A stretch of DNA of 64,000 nucleotides, taken from a virus. Both the position numbers and the translations under genes were made by a program. The DNA is taken from the IMG/VR virus record IMGVR_UViG_3300049046_000039, positions 1 through 64,000 of that record, one strand, 5' to 3'. Each line of letters begins with the position of its first letter. The first letter of the stretch is position 1. The notes beneath the pieces are model-generated. The model did no database searches. It saw nothing but the letters and a program-made list of their open reading frames with translations, and was not told where the DNA came from. Of this stretch, positions 9,290 to 19,600 are shown in pieces.

Positions 9290-9384
9290 GATGAGGGGAC
9301 GGAGCGAGGGTCGCAGTTCGCTCCGTCCCCTGGCCAGACTTGTAGGTGGGGGCAAAGTCTGGCCAATGCGATCTCTATCTATTA
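9290..9384 (-). ncRNA. Candidate two-hairpin small RNA
   Basis: TTGACA-N16-TAATAT promoter (9390-9417), then two abutting stems (9294-9331, 9331-9365); no ORF. Confidence 0.4.
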
Positions 9385-9424
9385 ACTAGATATTAAAAGG
9401 CCGAGATAAAATGTCAATCACTTT

Positions 9425-9652
9425 TTAAGCGATATGATTTTTTCCGATATAGCTGAAGACATAACCGTCTTCATTCCCGCGTCCCTTGCAGGTAGAACGG
9501 TTCGCAAGAATGATAATGATCTCGCCCATGTCTGTCTCCAGGCTTTCGCCGTCCTCCCATACCTGATAGCCCGTTACAGGCCTGCCGACGCTATCAGGTT
9601 CATCTACATTTTGATCTACAAGTATGAACAAGCGCGCAACCTCGTTACTCAT
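9425..9652 (-). CDS. Hypothetical protein
   Basis: Follows promoter TTTACA-N17-TACAAT (9678-9706). Confidence 0.55.
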   Translation of the reverse strand: MSNEVARLFILVDQNVDEPDSVGRPVTGYQVWEDGESLETDMGEIIIILANRSTCKGRGNEDGYVFSYIGKNHIA

Positions 9653-9716
9653 AAGGTGTTTTTCTCCGACCGATCCCATTGTATCACATTTTAACCACTC
9701 TGTAAACAGGCGTTTA

Positions 9717-9965
9717 TTAGAGAGGCTGCTTGTAAGTGTACACGTCCTGCTTGTTTTCTACTTCGTATGTTACTCCGTTGATTACGACGTGAGTGGCTGT
9801 CTTGCCTTCCAGCTTAATTTCGTCGAGAGTCTCTAGGCTCTCTCTGAACATGTAGCCATCGTTGTCTTGGTTGTCGAGATTCAGGATGCTGACCGTACCG
9901 TCTGGATTCTCTTTGTACGTGAGAGTCCACACTGAGTCAGCTCTTGTGAGACATGCTTTCTTCAT
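9717..9965 (-). CDS. Hypothetical protein
   Basis: 82-aa ORF within the early unit. Confidence 0.6.
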   Translation of the reverse strand: MKKACLTRADSVWTLTYKENPDGTVSILNLDNQDNDGYMFRESLETLDEIKLEGKTATHVVINGVTYEVENKQDVYTYKQPL

Positions 9966-9975
9966 TGGTGGTTGC

Positions 9976-10167
9976 TTATAGTTCGAGGATTGTTTTTGGC
10001 GGATTGTCGTTAACTGCCGAGACTCGAATGCGGCGCATCGTAGCGTACGTGGGGATGCACTCTACTAGCGATCCATTCATTAGGCCGTGAAACGGTACGG
10101 GAACGAAGGGGATGCGCACGTAATATACTGGCATTCCGTATATCATCGGGACTGGGTGTTCGGACAT
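9976..10167 (-). CDS. Hypothetical protein, possibly leaderless
   Basis: ATG 7 nt after TTGACA-N17-TATAAT (10175-10203). Confidence 0.5.
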   Translation of the reverse strand: MSEHPVPMIYGMPVYYVRIPFVPVPFHGLMNGSLVECIPTYATMRRIRVSAVNDNPPKTILEL

Positions 10168-10208
10168 ACCATGCATTATATCATTCCCGAGTAAAAATGT
10201 CAATGGAT

Positions 10209-10406
10209 TTATTTCGTAATTCCATTTCTCTGCTCGAGAACCTTTACTTCGCAGAGTCGCACTGAGTATGTCTCGTCGAAGTTTGAAGCGACTGCATTAT
10301 ACCTACGAACAGCAGCGCCATACGTGTCGCGGAAGATGCGACCGTGGCGCTTCCACTCTCCTCCGTTGCATATTTCGATGCAGTAATACAAGCAACCCTT
10401 GGCCAT
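10209..10406 (-). CDS. Hypothetical protein
   Basis: 65-aa ORF. Confidence 0.5.
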   Translation of the reverse strand: MAKGCLYYCIEICNGGEWKRHGRIFRDTYGAAVRRYNAVASNFDETYSVRLCEVKVLEQRNGITK

Positions 10407-10454
10407 GTCTATCTCACGATGTGGGGAGCGGAGGCTGTCCGCTCCCCGTGGTGG

Positions 10455-11414
10455 TCACTTGATGTCGGCGATCGCGCGGAGCGTGCCGTCTTCCTCGATC
10501 GAGAGGAGGAGGTTGTCACCCATCAGGTGCTTGTAGTAGTTGATCATCTGAATGGCGTGAACCAGACCGACCGAGTTCTTATCGATGCCGCGGTGGTGAG
10601 GAGGTCTGATTCGCGGCTGCTCGCCCATGATCTGCTCCGCGATCCTCGCGGGTTCGGGCTGAGGCGCGGGAGGCTTGGGTTCGACCCGTTCGACGGGCTT
10701 GAGCGGCTCGGCCTTGACGGGCTCAGGCTGCTTGACGGCCGGTGCGGGACTGAAGCCGGGGATCTTTTCAGGCTTCTTGAAACTCTTGGGAAGAGCGAAC
10801 GTCATGTGCCTTCCCTGATTGGAGATCAGTTCGATTTCCGTAGAGGAGAAGAACTGAACTCGCTCCTCGCCAGGAATGACTCCATTGCCAACCTGAAGGA
10901 TGTAGTTGCCGTTGTTGATGACCGATCCTCGAGCCTTGCCGCGCTCCTTCAACTTACCTTCTTCGGGCGGCGATTGTCTCGAAAGGATCAGGACGGGCTC
11001 TCCGGCGCGATCGATGCTGTATTCCATGGACCAGTAGTCCAGTGGCTTTCCGTCTTCGCCCACGAACGTCTTGAACAGGTCGTGTTCCGAGCTGATCATT
11101 AGTGCCGTGCTCTTGTCGCTGTGCGTAGCTTTGATCTTGTGCATTACGCTCATCTCCTCTTGCTTGGTCTTGGATGTGTTGCAGATAGGACATCTACACT
11201 TACCGCGTTTGAGGTCCCAACCCTGCTCGATAAGCTTCTTCCGAAATACTTCCGGCGGAAACCTACGAGCGATCTGGACGTCAGTCTTGTTCGAGCAGTC
11301 GGTGCATTCCAGATGTACCGTTACTCGACCGCCCTCTTGCATGTCGAAGTCTAGGGCGCTCTTCAGTCCGAGCTCGCTGGCTACGGACATTTCCCAGGTG
11401 CGTGGCTTGTGCAT
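10455..11414 (-). CDS. Hypothetical protein with an N-terminal CxxC...CPxC zinc-ribbon and a Pro-rich linker
   Basis: CTDC and CPIC motifs; AAGGAG RBS; downstream hairpin at about 10423-10448. Confidence 0.75.
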   Translation of the reverse strand: MHKPRTWEMSVASELGLKSALDFDMQEGGRVTVHLECTDCSNKTDVQIARRFPPEVFRKKLIEQGWDLKRGKCRCPICNTSKTKQEEMSVMHKIKATHSDKSTALMISSEHDLFKTFVGEDGKPLDYWSMEYSIDRAGEPVLILSRQSPPEEGKLKERGKARGSVINNGNYILQVGNGVIPGEERVQFFSSTEIELISNQGRHMTFALPKSFKKPEKIPGFSPAPAVKQPEPVKAEPLKPVERVEPKPPAPQPEPARIAEQIMGEQPRIRPPHHRGIDKNSVGLVHAIQMINYYKHLMGDNLLLSIEEDGTLRAIADIK

Positions 11415-11601
11415 TCATCACTCCTTCCTCCTTGGGAATTTGATTATAAAACGATCTAAAATAAAAGTAAACAGGCATGTTCTTGTAAGAAACGGTTTCC
11501 TGTTGACAATTTTATAATAGTTGATTATAATTGCTATGGCACTGAAAGATGTATCATAACTAGTATCTGCAGAGCCATTCTGGATTGCAGTAAATTCCAG
11601 A

Positions 11602-11667
11602 CAATGGGATATACCATCCAGCACGATATTCAATTCTAGATCAATCTGACAGGGCCTCAAGAAGCAA
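11602..11667. repeat. Copy A of a ~66-bp intergenic inverted repeat
   Basis: Reverse complement aligns with 14771-14837; core ATGGTATATCCCATTG is identical. Confidence 0.75.
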
Positions 11668-11716
11668 ACATGATTGAGCTGACAGGTATATACTAGTGCT
11701 CTTATTACGCACAAAC

Positions 11717-11746
11717 AAAAGGGGCTCGGATTTCTCCAAGCCCCTT
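11717..11746 (-). terminator. Intrinsic terminator
   Basis: AAGGGGCTTGGA/TCCGAGCCCCTTTT on the minus strand. Confidence 0.7.
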
Positions 11747-11770
11747 GTTAAGTTTGGTGGATGCCGAGGA

Positions 11771-12304
11771 TTAGGCCGTCGCTTCTTCCTGCTTGGCTTC
11801 TTCGGCGGCCGGCGGCGCTTCGGCCTTCGGTTCGTCCATGTAGCCCCACTTGATCAGCTCGCGATCGCGGACGCCGAGGGTGCGGAGGAAGGCGCAGCGA
11901 TCTTCACGGCTTTCGAGGGCAGCGAAGTCGGTGGCGTGGGTCTCGCCCGTGGTCGGGTTATCCATGAGGATGTGCCGACGTTCAGCATCCCAGCTGATGT
12001 CCTTGCCGCGGACGCCGTCCTTGCGGACCTGGCTGAGCGTGGTGAGGACGCCGTGCTGACCACCGGTCGAGGCCTTGTACATCTCGTAGATGCCGTGGCT
12101 GGTGGTGCCGGCGCGCTTGGGGTTGGAAGCGACAACGACGAGGTTGATCTCGACCACTTCAGCCGCGGGTGCGGTTTCGGAGGTGTTGGCGTCGGTGCCG
12201 TCTTCCGGGCGGGGCGACGGTGCGCGGCCCTTCTTGGCGGTGGCGGTGCTTTCGTTGGTGGCGGCAGCGCGGGCTGCCGAACGGGCATTCTTCAGATCGG
12301 ACAT
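11771..12304 (-). CDS. Hypothetical protein (NPKR.GT.S...D(I)xWD motif), putative nucleic-acid binding
   Basis: Strong GC3 codon bias; own promoter (12362-12390) and terminator. Confidence 0.8.
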   Translation of the reverse strand: MSDLKNARSAARAAATNESTATAKKGRAPSPRPEDGTDANTSETAPAAEVVEINLVVVASNPKRAGTTSHGIYEMYKASTGGQHGVLTTLSQVRKDGVRGKDISWDAERRHILMDNPTTGETHATDFAALESREDRCAFLRTLGVRDRELIKWGYMDEPKAEAPPAAEEAKQEEATA

Positions 12305-12607
12305 GTTACTTCTCCTTGCTGGTGCTATCTAATGGAACCCGGTGTTCCATTTGATATGCTAATACTATAACACTCCGATCATATTGTAAAGGCTTTTTTT
12401 ATCGTGCGTGAACAAAGTGCTACATGGCGCCGGAGTCACATTGCGAATGGATCACGCCTTTTAATTTCGCGTCACGCGCGCGTGTATATGGTTTTCTAGA
12501 AATGTCAACATATTTTTCAATTCCAAATCATATTTTACTTCGCCTATTTACAACGAATATAAAGCAGATTATAATTGGTAGTGTTGGATGCAGTGGAGTA
12601 GTATTAT

Positions 12608-13552
12608 ATGAATATGCCATTCGATCGAGTACCCCGTTACAACAAGGCGAAGCAGCAGAACGCGATGTCTTCGAGCAAGGACTCCAGTAATGGGCTGGTC
12701 CAGTTCTCGACCTCCTCTCCCGCTCTTCGCTACTCCAGTCTCCCGGACTTCAACTCCGAAGAGACTGACGAGATGATCATCAACAAGCTCAACGAGCGCT
12801 TTGAAGTCTTGCGGCTCATGACGCAGGATGCTATCGCCGGTGAGATTCGAGCGATGATCGTCTCCGGCCCCGGCGGCGTCGGCAAGACGTTCACCATCGA
12901 CGCCGAGCTCAAGAAGTGGGACCCAGACGGCGAGAACTACACGACGTCCTCGGGTTACATGCGCACCACCGGCCTCTACAAGATGCTCTACAAGCATCGC
13001 CGCAAGGGTGACATCATCAAGCTCGACGATATGGACTCGGTGTTCTACGACGAGAACTCTCTCAACTTTATCAAGATCGCGACTGATACTACTCAGAACC
13101 GCATCTTGACTTACGCGGCCGAGACGAAGCTGGAAGATGAAGAGACCGGCGAGCTTATTCCTCGCTCCTTCGAATACCACGGCACTATGCTGTTCATCAC
13201 CAACCTCGACTTTGACGCGATGATCGACAAGGGTAACAAGCTCTCGCCTCACCTTCAGGCACTCGTTACTCGGTCACACTACATCGACCTGATGATGAAG
13301 ACCAAGCGCGACTATCTTATTCGCGTCTTCCAGGTCGCCGAGGAAGGCTTGTTCGACAGTGTCGAAGGCGGTCTTACCGACGAGGAGATGGACGACGTCC
13401 TTAACTTCATCGACAAGTATCACCGCAACCTTCGCGAGTGCTCTCTGCGCATGGCTCTCAAGGTAGCCAATCTGCGCAAGGCGGCTCACGAGAGCGACTC
13501 GGTCAAGTGGGAGCGTAAGGCTCTCCTCACCTGCTGCAAGGGGGTTCTCTAA
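12608..13552 (+). CDS. P-loop/AAA+ ATPase
   Basis: Walker A GPGGVGKT, Walker B IKLDDMD, sensor FITN. Confidence 0.8.
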   Translation: MNMPFDRVPRYNKAKQQNAMSSSKDSSNGLVQFSTSSPALRYSSLPDFNSEETDEMIINKLNERFEVLRLMTQDAIAGEIRAMIVSGPGGVGKTFTIDAELKKWDPDGENYTTSSGYMRTTGLYKMLYKHRRKGDIIKLDDMDSVFYDENSLNFIKIATDTTQNRILTYAAETKLEDEETGELIPRSFEYHGTMLFITNLDFDAMIDKGNKLSPHLQALVTRSHYIDLMMKTKRDYLIRVFQVAEEGLFDSVEGGLTDEEMDDVLNFIDKYHRNLRECSLRMALKVANLRKAAHESDSVKWERKALLTCCKGVL

Positions 13553-13842
13553 TGGGAGCCTGTTCGTTCTGCGTCATCGGCTACGGAACTTCGGCGGAGG
13601 CTGCTTTTAGCGCTCTAAGAAAGAGCGCTAAGGAGCGGCACGCCGATCGAGGTTACACCGGCACGATTGCCGAGAAAGATCGGCTCATCAGGCTAACGCC
13701 CTCGCACCCGATCACCGAAGACTTCTACCCTTACCAGAGCGACGATCCGTGCTGGGAAGTGGTTCAAGACAAGTGGGGTCCCGCCGGATGTTTCGATCTC
13801 GGCGACGGTAAGTACATGTTCATCGGCTTCGCGCCAGAGTAG
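13552..13842 (+). CDS. Hypothetical protein
   Basis: GYTGTIAEK...DKWGPAG...FIGFA conserved-looking motifs; TAATG coupling. Confidence 0.7.
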   Translation: MGACSFCVIGYGTSAEAAFSALRKSAKERHADRGYTGTIAEKDRLIRLTPSHPITEDFYPYQSDDPCWEVVQDKWGPAGCFDLGDGKYMFIGFAPE

Positions 13843-13850
13843 GATACGTT

Positions 13851-14189
13851 ATGAGCGAATACATGAAAGAACGTTGGCCGGGTCTTCTCGCCTATCTGGT
13901 CGAATATGGTCTCGACGAGAAGCTGATCTCCAATATCGATCGAGTCAAGGGTAACTACGACTCGGGCTACTACGTCGTCGGCTCTCTTCAAGAAGACGGA
14001 ATGATCCACATGATCGACGTCTCCAACACTCCCGACGGCATGATGAACAGCTCCAAGGGTACCGACCACCAGTGGAACATGTTGAACGACGGCATGGAGC
14101 CCGTAACCGAGGCCGAGTGGAAGAAGCTCAAGCTCGATCCTTATTGCGAGACGTTTACTATCGCAGGTCACGAGTCGTACGGAGCGTAA
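13851..14189 (+). CDS. Hypothetical protein
   Basis: AGGA RBS. Confidence 0.65.
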   Translation: MSEYMKERWPGLLAYLVEYGLDEKLISNIDRVKGNYDSGYYVVGSLQEDGMIHMIDVSNTPDGMMNSSKGTDHQWNMLNDGMEPVTEAEWKKLKLDPYCETFTIAGHESYGA

Positions 14190-14190
14190 G

Positions 14191-14355
14191 ATGGACGAGC
14201 GCGAAGTGCAAATTCGACAGAGCATCGTAAACAATATCGGCGCTCTAGTCGAGAAGATCGAGACCGCTCGATCGAAAAAGAACCGCAAAGTTGGACAGAA
14301 AGACGTCGAGGCGATCAAGAAGATCGGCCGCGACATAGCGACAGGAGCACTGTAA
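14191..14355 (+). CDS. Small basic hypothetical protein (54 aa, not in ORF track)
   Basis: GGAG RBS, MDEREVQIRQ..., TAATG coupling to the next ORF. Confidence 0.6.
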   Translation: MDEREVQIRQSIVNNIGALVEKIETARSKKNRKVGQKDVEAIKKIGRDIATGAL

Positions 14356-14672
14356 TGCACATCCAAGAGAAGGAAGAAAGAGAGATCGCGATAAAGCTCA
14401 TCGACGCTATCCTAGCGGCGGGGTGCGCGATCTCGGTTCACGAAGGCGAAGACTGGGCGATCGACGAGAACGCTAAGCCAGTCATCAAGTGTAAGGATCG
14501 CAATAGGATTGGAGGCAGCCTAGCCTCAACCGACTACGACAGTCTGATGGCGTATCGTGATGGCGTGCTTCTGGGTCAGTTCGTGTTGATATACGGCAAC
14601 GGAGAAGATCTGATTTCTGACTGCACCGACAACCAGTTCTGCAACGACATACTAATGTCGATTGTGAACTAA
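14355..14672 (+). CDS. Hypothetical protein
   Basis: LIYGNGEDLISD motif; ends before a terminator. Confidence 0.7.
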   Translation: MHIQEKEEREIAIKLIDAILAAGCAISVHEGEDWAIDENAKPVIKCKDRNRIGGSLASTDYDSLMAYRDGVLLGQFVLIYGNGEDLISDCTDNQFCNDILMSIVN

Positions 14673-14698
14673 CTCCTCTAGCATCCAACACTAGAGGC

Positions 14699-14733
14699 GA
14701 AGCCCGGGAGACCCAACTCTCCCGGGCTTCTTT
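14699..14733 (+). terminator. Intrinsic terminator
   Basis: GAAGCCCGGGAGA/TCTCCCGGGCTTC followed by TTT. Confidence 0.8.
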
Positions 14734-14770
14734 GTGTGTATTGAAAATTCCACCCTCTGGATTGATTAAA

Positions 14771-14837
14771 TTGCCCTCTCTGGCCCTCTCAGATGATCCA
14801 GAATTGAATTATCGATATCCTATGGTATATCCCATTG
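14771..14837. repeat. Copy B of a ~66-bp intergenic inverted repeat
   Basis: See 11602-11667. Confidence 0.75.
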
Positions 14838-14871
14838 CCAGAGAAATATTGTCAATTCTAGAGGCAATCTA

Positions 14872-15681
14872 TTACAACCAGAACGTAGTTCGCGGCTTTC
14901 TTCGTGAGAATCCTGTAGCTACGAATGCTGCGACGTCAGATCCGCTTTCAGACGAAGCAAAAGTTCCGGTGACTGGGTCTAGAATCGGTCTTAGCGCCAG
15001 CGTTACTGCCGACCAAGAGCCAGTGTTAGTACTAGTTGAACCACCGAAAGCAGCGGGGTCGAAAGCTCCACTCACCCAGTCTGTCTTAAGAGCGCCGCCG
15101 ATGTTAGCGTCGTTTGTTGTGGTAGTGATAGTGGCAGATCTAAAGTGGTTTGTAGTGGTAGACATACCAGTCGGGTTAGTAAACACAGCACCTGCCGCAA
15201 CTGCAGCACCCGCAAATACTGCAATCCAAGCACCTGGAGTAACTGGAGTAATTGCAGCGGCGTTAGCAACACCAGTGTTAGTAGCACCAGTCACTACGGG
15301 TGTAGCGTCCATGGGTGTAGTAGCGTTGACGCCTCTGAAAACGTAGATAGCGTACGCCACACCAGCAGTAGTCGCGTTTGAAGCAGGTATGGCTACAGAA
15401 GTATCTGGCGTAGTAGGCATGAACTTACCGCTGACTAGGAAGTTAGAGTCGTTAGAGTCGTTTCTATAGTCGTCAGTATGCAGAGCAGTGTAACCACTCG
15501 GAGTAAGCTGAGCCTGAGTTCGGTCTACAGTGCTAGCTACTTCTACAGCCACTAGCACGTAGTCGCCGGCTTGCAGCGTTGGTGTCGCGCCACTAGCATT
15601 GAGTAGTGATGAAAAGTTAACAGTCTGAGCAGACGTAGCCGCATGCGTACCAACGTGACTGCCAACAAAGGTAATTGCCAT
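14872..15681 (-). CDS. Putative virion/fibre-associated beta-rich protein
   Basis: Thr/Ala/Ser-rich; MAITFVGS start; LQAGD.VLV and YVFRGV motifs; in the fibre operon. Confidence 0.65.
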   Translation of the reverse strand: MAITFVGSHVGTHAATSAQTVNFSSLLNASGATPTLQAGDYVLVAVEVASTVDRTQAQLTPSGYTALHTDDYRNDSNDSNFLVSGKFMPTTPDTSVAIPASNATTAGVAYAIYVFRGVNATTPMDATPVVTGATNTGVANAAAITPVTPGAWIAVFAGAAVAAGAVFTNPTGMSTTTNHFRSATITTTTNDANIGGALKTDWVSGAFDPAAFGGSTSTNTGSWSAVTLALRPILDPVTGTFASSESGSDVAAFVATGFSRRKPRTTFWL

Positions 15682-15693
15682 ATGTAAAGCGCC

Positions 15694-16077
15694 TTACGCT
15701 GCGTGAGTAATAGTTCCCGTCGTGAGAGTCACGACCTGTCCAACCGTTATAGAGGTGCTGTTAATGATAATGTCTGCTGCTGAAGTTCCTACAGTAAGGT
15801 TAGATACGACTACGGTGCCGGCGCTGTCTTTAATTCGCGCGGCAGCAGCAGTTCCTGTAGCGTCGGCCGCCGTGTCCGATACGTCTGGATCGAAGTCAAA
15901 GGTTAGCACGTCACCAGAAACAGTGCCGCACGGGTCAGCTAGAGTTATGATAGCCAGCACCGTACCCATGCCTGTCGTACCTATCTCAAGAGTGCCGGGA
16001 CCAGCGCCTCCGTCGATCTGGTTAATCACTGCCTGTAAGCGAGCTGTCTTAGTTGCGGTTGAATATACGAGTGACAT
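15694..16077 (-). CDS. Putative virion structural protein
   Basis: ADATGTAAAARIKDS.G..V...TVGTS.AD motif resembling phage tail-associated proteins. Confidence 0.65.
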   Translation of the reverse strand: MSLVYSTATKTARLQAVINQIDGGAGPGTLEIGTTGMGTVLAIITLADPCGTVSGDVLTFDFDPDVSDTAADATGTAAAARIKDSAGTVVVSNLTVGTSAADIIINSTSITVGQVVTLTTGTITHAA

Positions 16078-16080
16078 TTA

Positions 16081-16641
16081 TTACTCTCTGATTAAGAACG
16101 ATATGTCTGCTAGAGTAGCGTCTGGCGACGCTGGAGCTACTATGGTGATGTTGTCGTTAACTGCGACTGTAGTGGAAGTAAACGAGAAAGTTCCAACTGT
16201 AGCTGCTGCAGCAAAGGTTATAGTGCCAATTTCAGAACCAGCAATACGTATGCTGAATACAGTCGAAGCCGTCGCTGCTACTACTGCTCTAGCGGCACAG
16301 TTACCAGAAACGATAGTAAACGCGTATGGCGCTAGAGCTCCTGCCACTATTTCAGATGCTGCAGGCTTCCCGCTACAGAAGCCAGAAAGTCCTCGTATCT
16401 GCGTACCTGTCGAGCCAGTAAATCCAATCGAACCCGTGAAGCCTACAGAACCAGTGAAGCCAGTTGGTCCGGTGGCACCAGCAGAACCAGTGAAGCCAGT
16501 TGGTCCGGTCGCACCAGCAGAACCGGTGAAGCCTGTACCACTAGGCACAGACCAAGTAGGGACGCCACTTACGTTAGTCAGCACGTCGCCGTTACTAGCG
16601 CCGGTAGGATCGATCATGTATGGTGGAACGCGCTGTGTCAT
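16081..16641 (-). CDS. Short collagen-like fibre protein
   Basis: [12 protein letters not shown] Gly-X-Y repeats between small globular ends. Confidence 0.75.
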   Translation of the reverse strand: MTQRVPPYMIDPTGASNGDVLTNVSGVPTWSVPSGTGFTGSAGATGPTGFTGSAGATGPTGFTGSVGFTGSIGFTGSTGTQIRGLSGFCSGKPAASEIVAGALAPYAFTIVSGNCAARAVVAATASTVFSIRIAGSEIGTITFAAAATVGTFSFTSTTVAVNDNITIVAPASPDATLADISFLIRE

Positions 16642-16657
16642 TTATACCTCTTTTATA

Positions 16658-19600
16658 TTACGCTACGCGTATTCTAACTAAAGCAACAGACCCTGCAGCG
16701 TCAATTACCGTTCCAGCCGTGGCTGGAAGAGCGCCTCCAACAAAGGTGTAGAAGCCATTAACACCACTAGCTCCATTATAATAAAGAACCATCGAAGCAG
16801 AGTTACCTATAGTTCGCACTGTAGTAGTAACAGACGCGGTAGTTGCGATGAAATACAGAGTTCCTGCATTTAACGTGATAGAACTGAACGTTCCCACCTT
16901 ATCGCCTGTAGAATCGCCTGCGACAGAAACAGAAACCAGTCTGTTGTTTGGTTTACGGCTAGCGTTGGAGTCGTAAATACCCAGTGAAATAGTACTTCCG
17001 CCCGAACCACTGGCAGTAGTTACTTCAATAGCTAGTGCGTCGACTACAATATCGTGAGAAGGAATGAACGGAGTCCATACCGCATTTCCTGTCACGACGT
17101 CTGTAGACGTAAATGATCCATTCAGTGTCTGACTCGTGTAGAGTCCACTTGGAAGAGTTATAGGATAGTGAGCTCCAGTACTACCGTTCGCACCAGCACC
17201 GTAACGTACAATTACGATATCTGAGCCGTTAGGCTGTGTGGTTGTTAGTGTAGTTCCTGTGATACTGTACTGCGAAGCTGGCTGATGCACACCCTCAACA
17301 AACACTAGAACCTGATTAGCAGTTGCCGTCTCTGGAATAGTTATGTTTTGAGAAGCACCAGTACCTGTTGCTGTTACCGGAGCCCATCCACCATCACCGC
17401 CGACTGAACCTGTGAAACCGGTTGGACCTGTCGGACCTGCCACAGTTGACGCCGAACCAGTGAAGCCAGTTGGTCCAGTCGCGCCCGCCGAGCCTGTGAA
17501 TCCTGTTGGCCCAGTCGCACCCTGCGAACCCGTAAAGCCCGTCGGACCAGTCGCACCAGCAGAACCAGTGAAGCCAGTTGGTCCAGCTACCGTAGAAGCC
17601 GAACCTGTGAAACCAGTTGGTCCAGTCGCACCAGCAGAACCAGTGAAGCCAGTTGGACCAGTCGCGCCCGCCGAGCCTGTGAATCCTGTTGGCCCAGTCG
17701 CACCAGCAGAACCTGTGAAGCCAACAGAGCCGTTGAAGCCAGTAGGACCAGTCGCGCCCTGCGAACCAGTAAAGCCGACGTCACCTGTTCTAGCAAAGCT
17801 TAAAACTAGTGAAGTGCCGTTAGTTGGAAGCGTTCCAGATACATATGATACGGTTAGAGTTCTGTAACCAGTGCTATTGACTACTGCGCCAGTGATCGTG
17901 AATATTATTGGCAGGCCAGTAGTAGAATTCTGAAATACTAACTTGCCGCGATTTGCAGTGTTCGTAGAAGTACCAAACGTATCGATCCACGCACTTACGT
18001 TAACACCAGTTGCGTCTAAGTCATCAATGTATATAGAGCTGACTGAAGCTATAGTAGCGTTGTTAAAGCGCACGGTGCCGGCACCAGGGTCTGCAGCAGT
18101 CGTGGTAGTACTAAACGTATACTGCACACCTCCGCGAATACCTTGCGAACCAGTGAATCCTGTCGTACCTTGAGAACCAGTGAAGCCAACAGAGCCGTTG
18201 AAGCCAGTCGGACCAGTAGCGCCTTGAGAGCCAGTAAATCCAACAGATCCGTTAAAGCCAGTTGGTCCAGTTGGACCAGTCGCACCCTGAGAACCAGTGA
18301 ACCCCGTCGGACCCGTTGGTCCAGTAGCACCCTGCGAACCAGTGAAGCCAGTTGGTCCAGCTACCGTAGAAGCCGAACCTGTGAAACCAGTTGGCCCAGT
18401 CGCACCAGCAGAACCTGTGAAGCCAACAGAGCCGTTAAAGCCAGTTGGTCCGGTTGGACCTGTTGCGCCCTGAGAGCCTGTAAAGCCAGTCGGACCTGCT
18501 ACTGTAGAAGCCGAACCTGTGAAACCAGTCGGACCTGTTGGTCCAGTTGGTCCAGTTGTACCTGCCGAGCCAGTAAATCCAGTCGGACCTACGGCGCCCT
18601 GAGAACCAGTAAATCCAGTCGGACCTACAGCGCCCTGAGAGCCAGTGAAGCCTGTCGGACCAGCTACTGTCGAAGCAGAGCCGGTAAAACCAGTCGAACC
18701 TGTAAAGCCCGTTGGTCCTGTCGCTCCAGCCGATCCGGTGAAGCCAGTCGGACCAGCTACAGTAGAAGCAGAACCCGTGAAGCCTGTAGGTCCTATCGGT
18801 CCAGTTGGTCCGGTAGCGCCTTGAGAACCAGTAAAGCCTGTCGAACCGTTAAATCCAGTCGGTCCTACAGCGCCCTGAGAGCCAGTAAATCCGGTAGGAC
18901 CAGTCGCACCCTGAGAACCAGTGAAGCCAGTCGCACCAGCCGGACCCTGAATGCTACCTACGTCCTGCCATGCAGAGCCGTTCCACACCCATAGGTTACC
19001 GCTAATTAAGTACGCGTCGCCAGAACTTCCTGTTGGCGGTAGTAAGCCAGGATTTGCTAGCTCACCGATGATGTTGATACCCTGACCGATCGAACCTGTA
19101 AATCCGACAGGTCCTGTCGCACCCTGCGAACCAGTTAGACCAGTCGGTCCAGTCGCACCCTGCGAACCAGTTAGACCTGTAGGACCAATAGGACCGGTAG
19201 CACCCTGCGAACCGGTGAAGCCACGAGAGCCAGTTAGACCAGTTGGTCCGGTCGCGCCGATAGAGCCGTTAAATCCTGTAGGACCAATAGCACCCTGCGA
19301 ACCTGTAAAGCCGATAGGACCGATTGCGCCTTGAGAGCCAGTAAGACCAACTACACCCTGCGAACCAGTTAGACCAGTAGGTCCTACTACACCTTGAGAG
19401 CCCGTGAAGCCGGTCGCACCAGTCGATCCCTGCGAACCCGTAAAGCCAATCGAACCAGTAAAGCCGGTTGGACCTACAGCAGTAGAAGCTGAACCAGTGA
19501 AGCCAGTCTCGCCCTGAGAGCCAGTGTAGCCAATCGAACCAGTGAAGCCGGTTGGACCTACAGCAGTAGAAGCAGAACCAGTGAAACCGGCCGAACCAGT

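Noticed and set aside
10344-12370. Long plus-strand ORFs opposite the GC3-rich genes
   Set aside because: Antisense frames kept open by codon bias; no RBS or motifs
15722-18994. Long plus-strand ORFs ([10 protein letters not shown] repeats)
   Set aside because: Antisense shadows of the Gly-X-Y collagen genes
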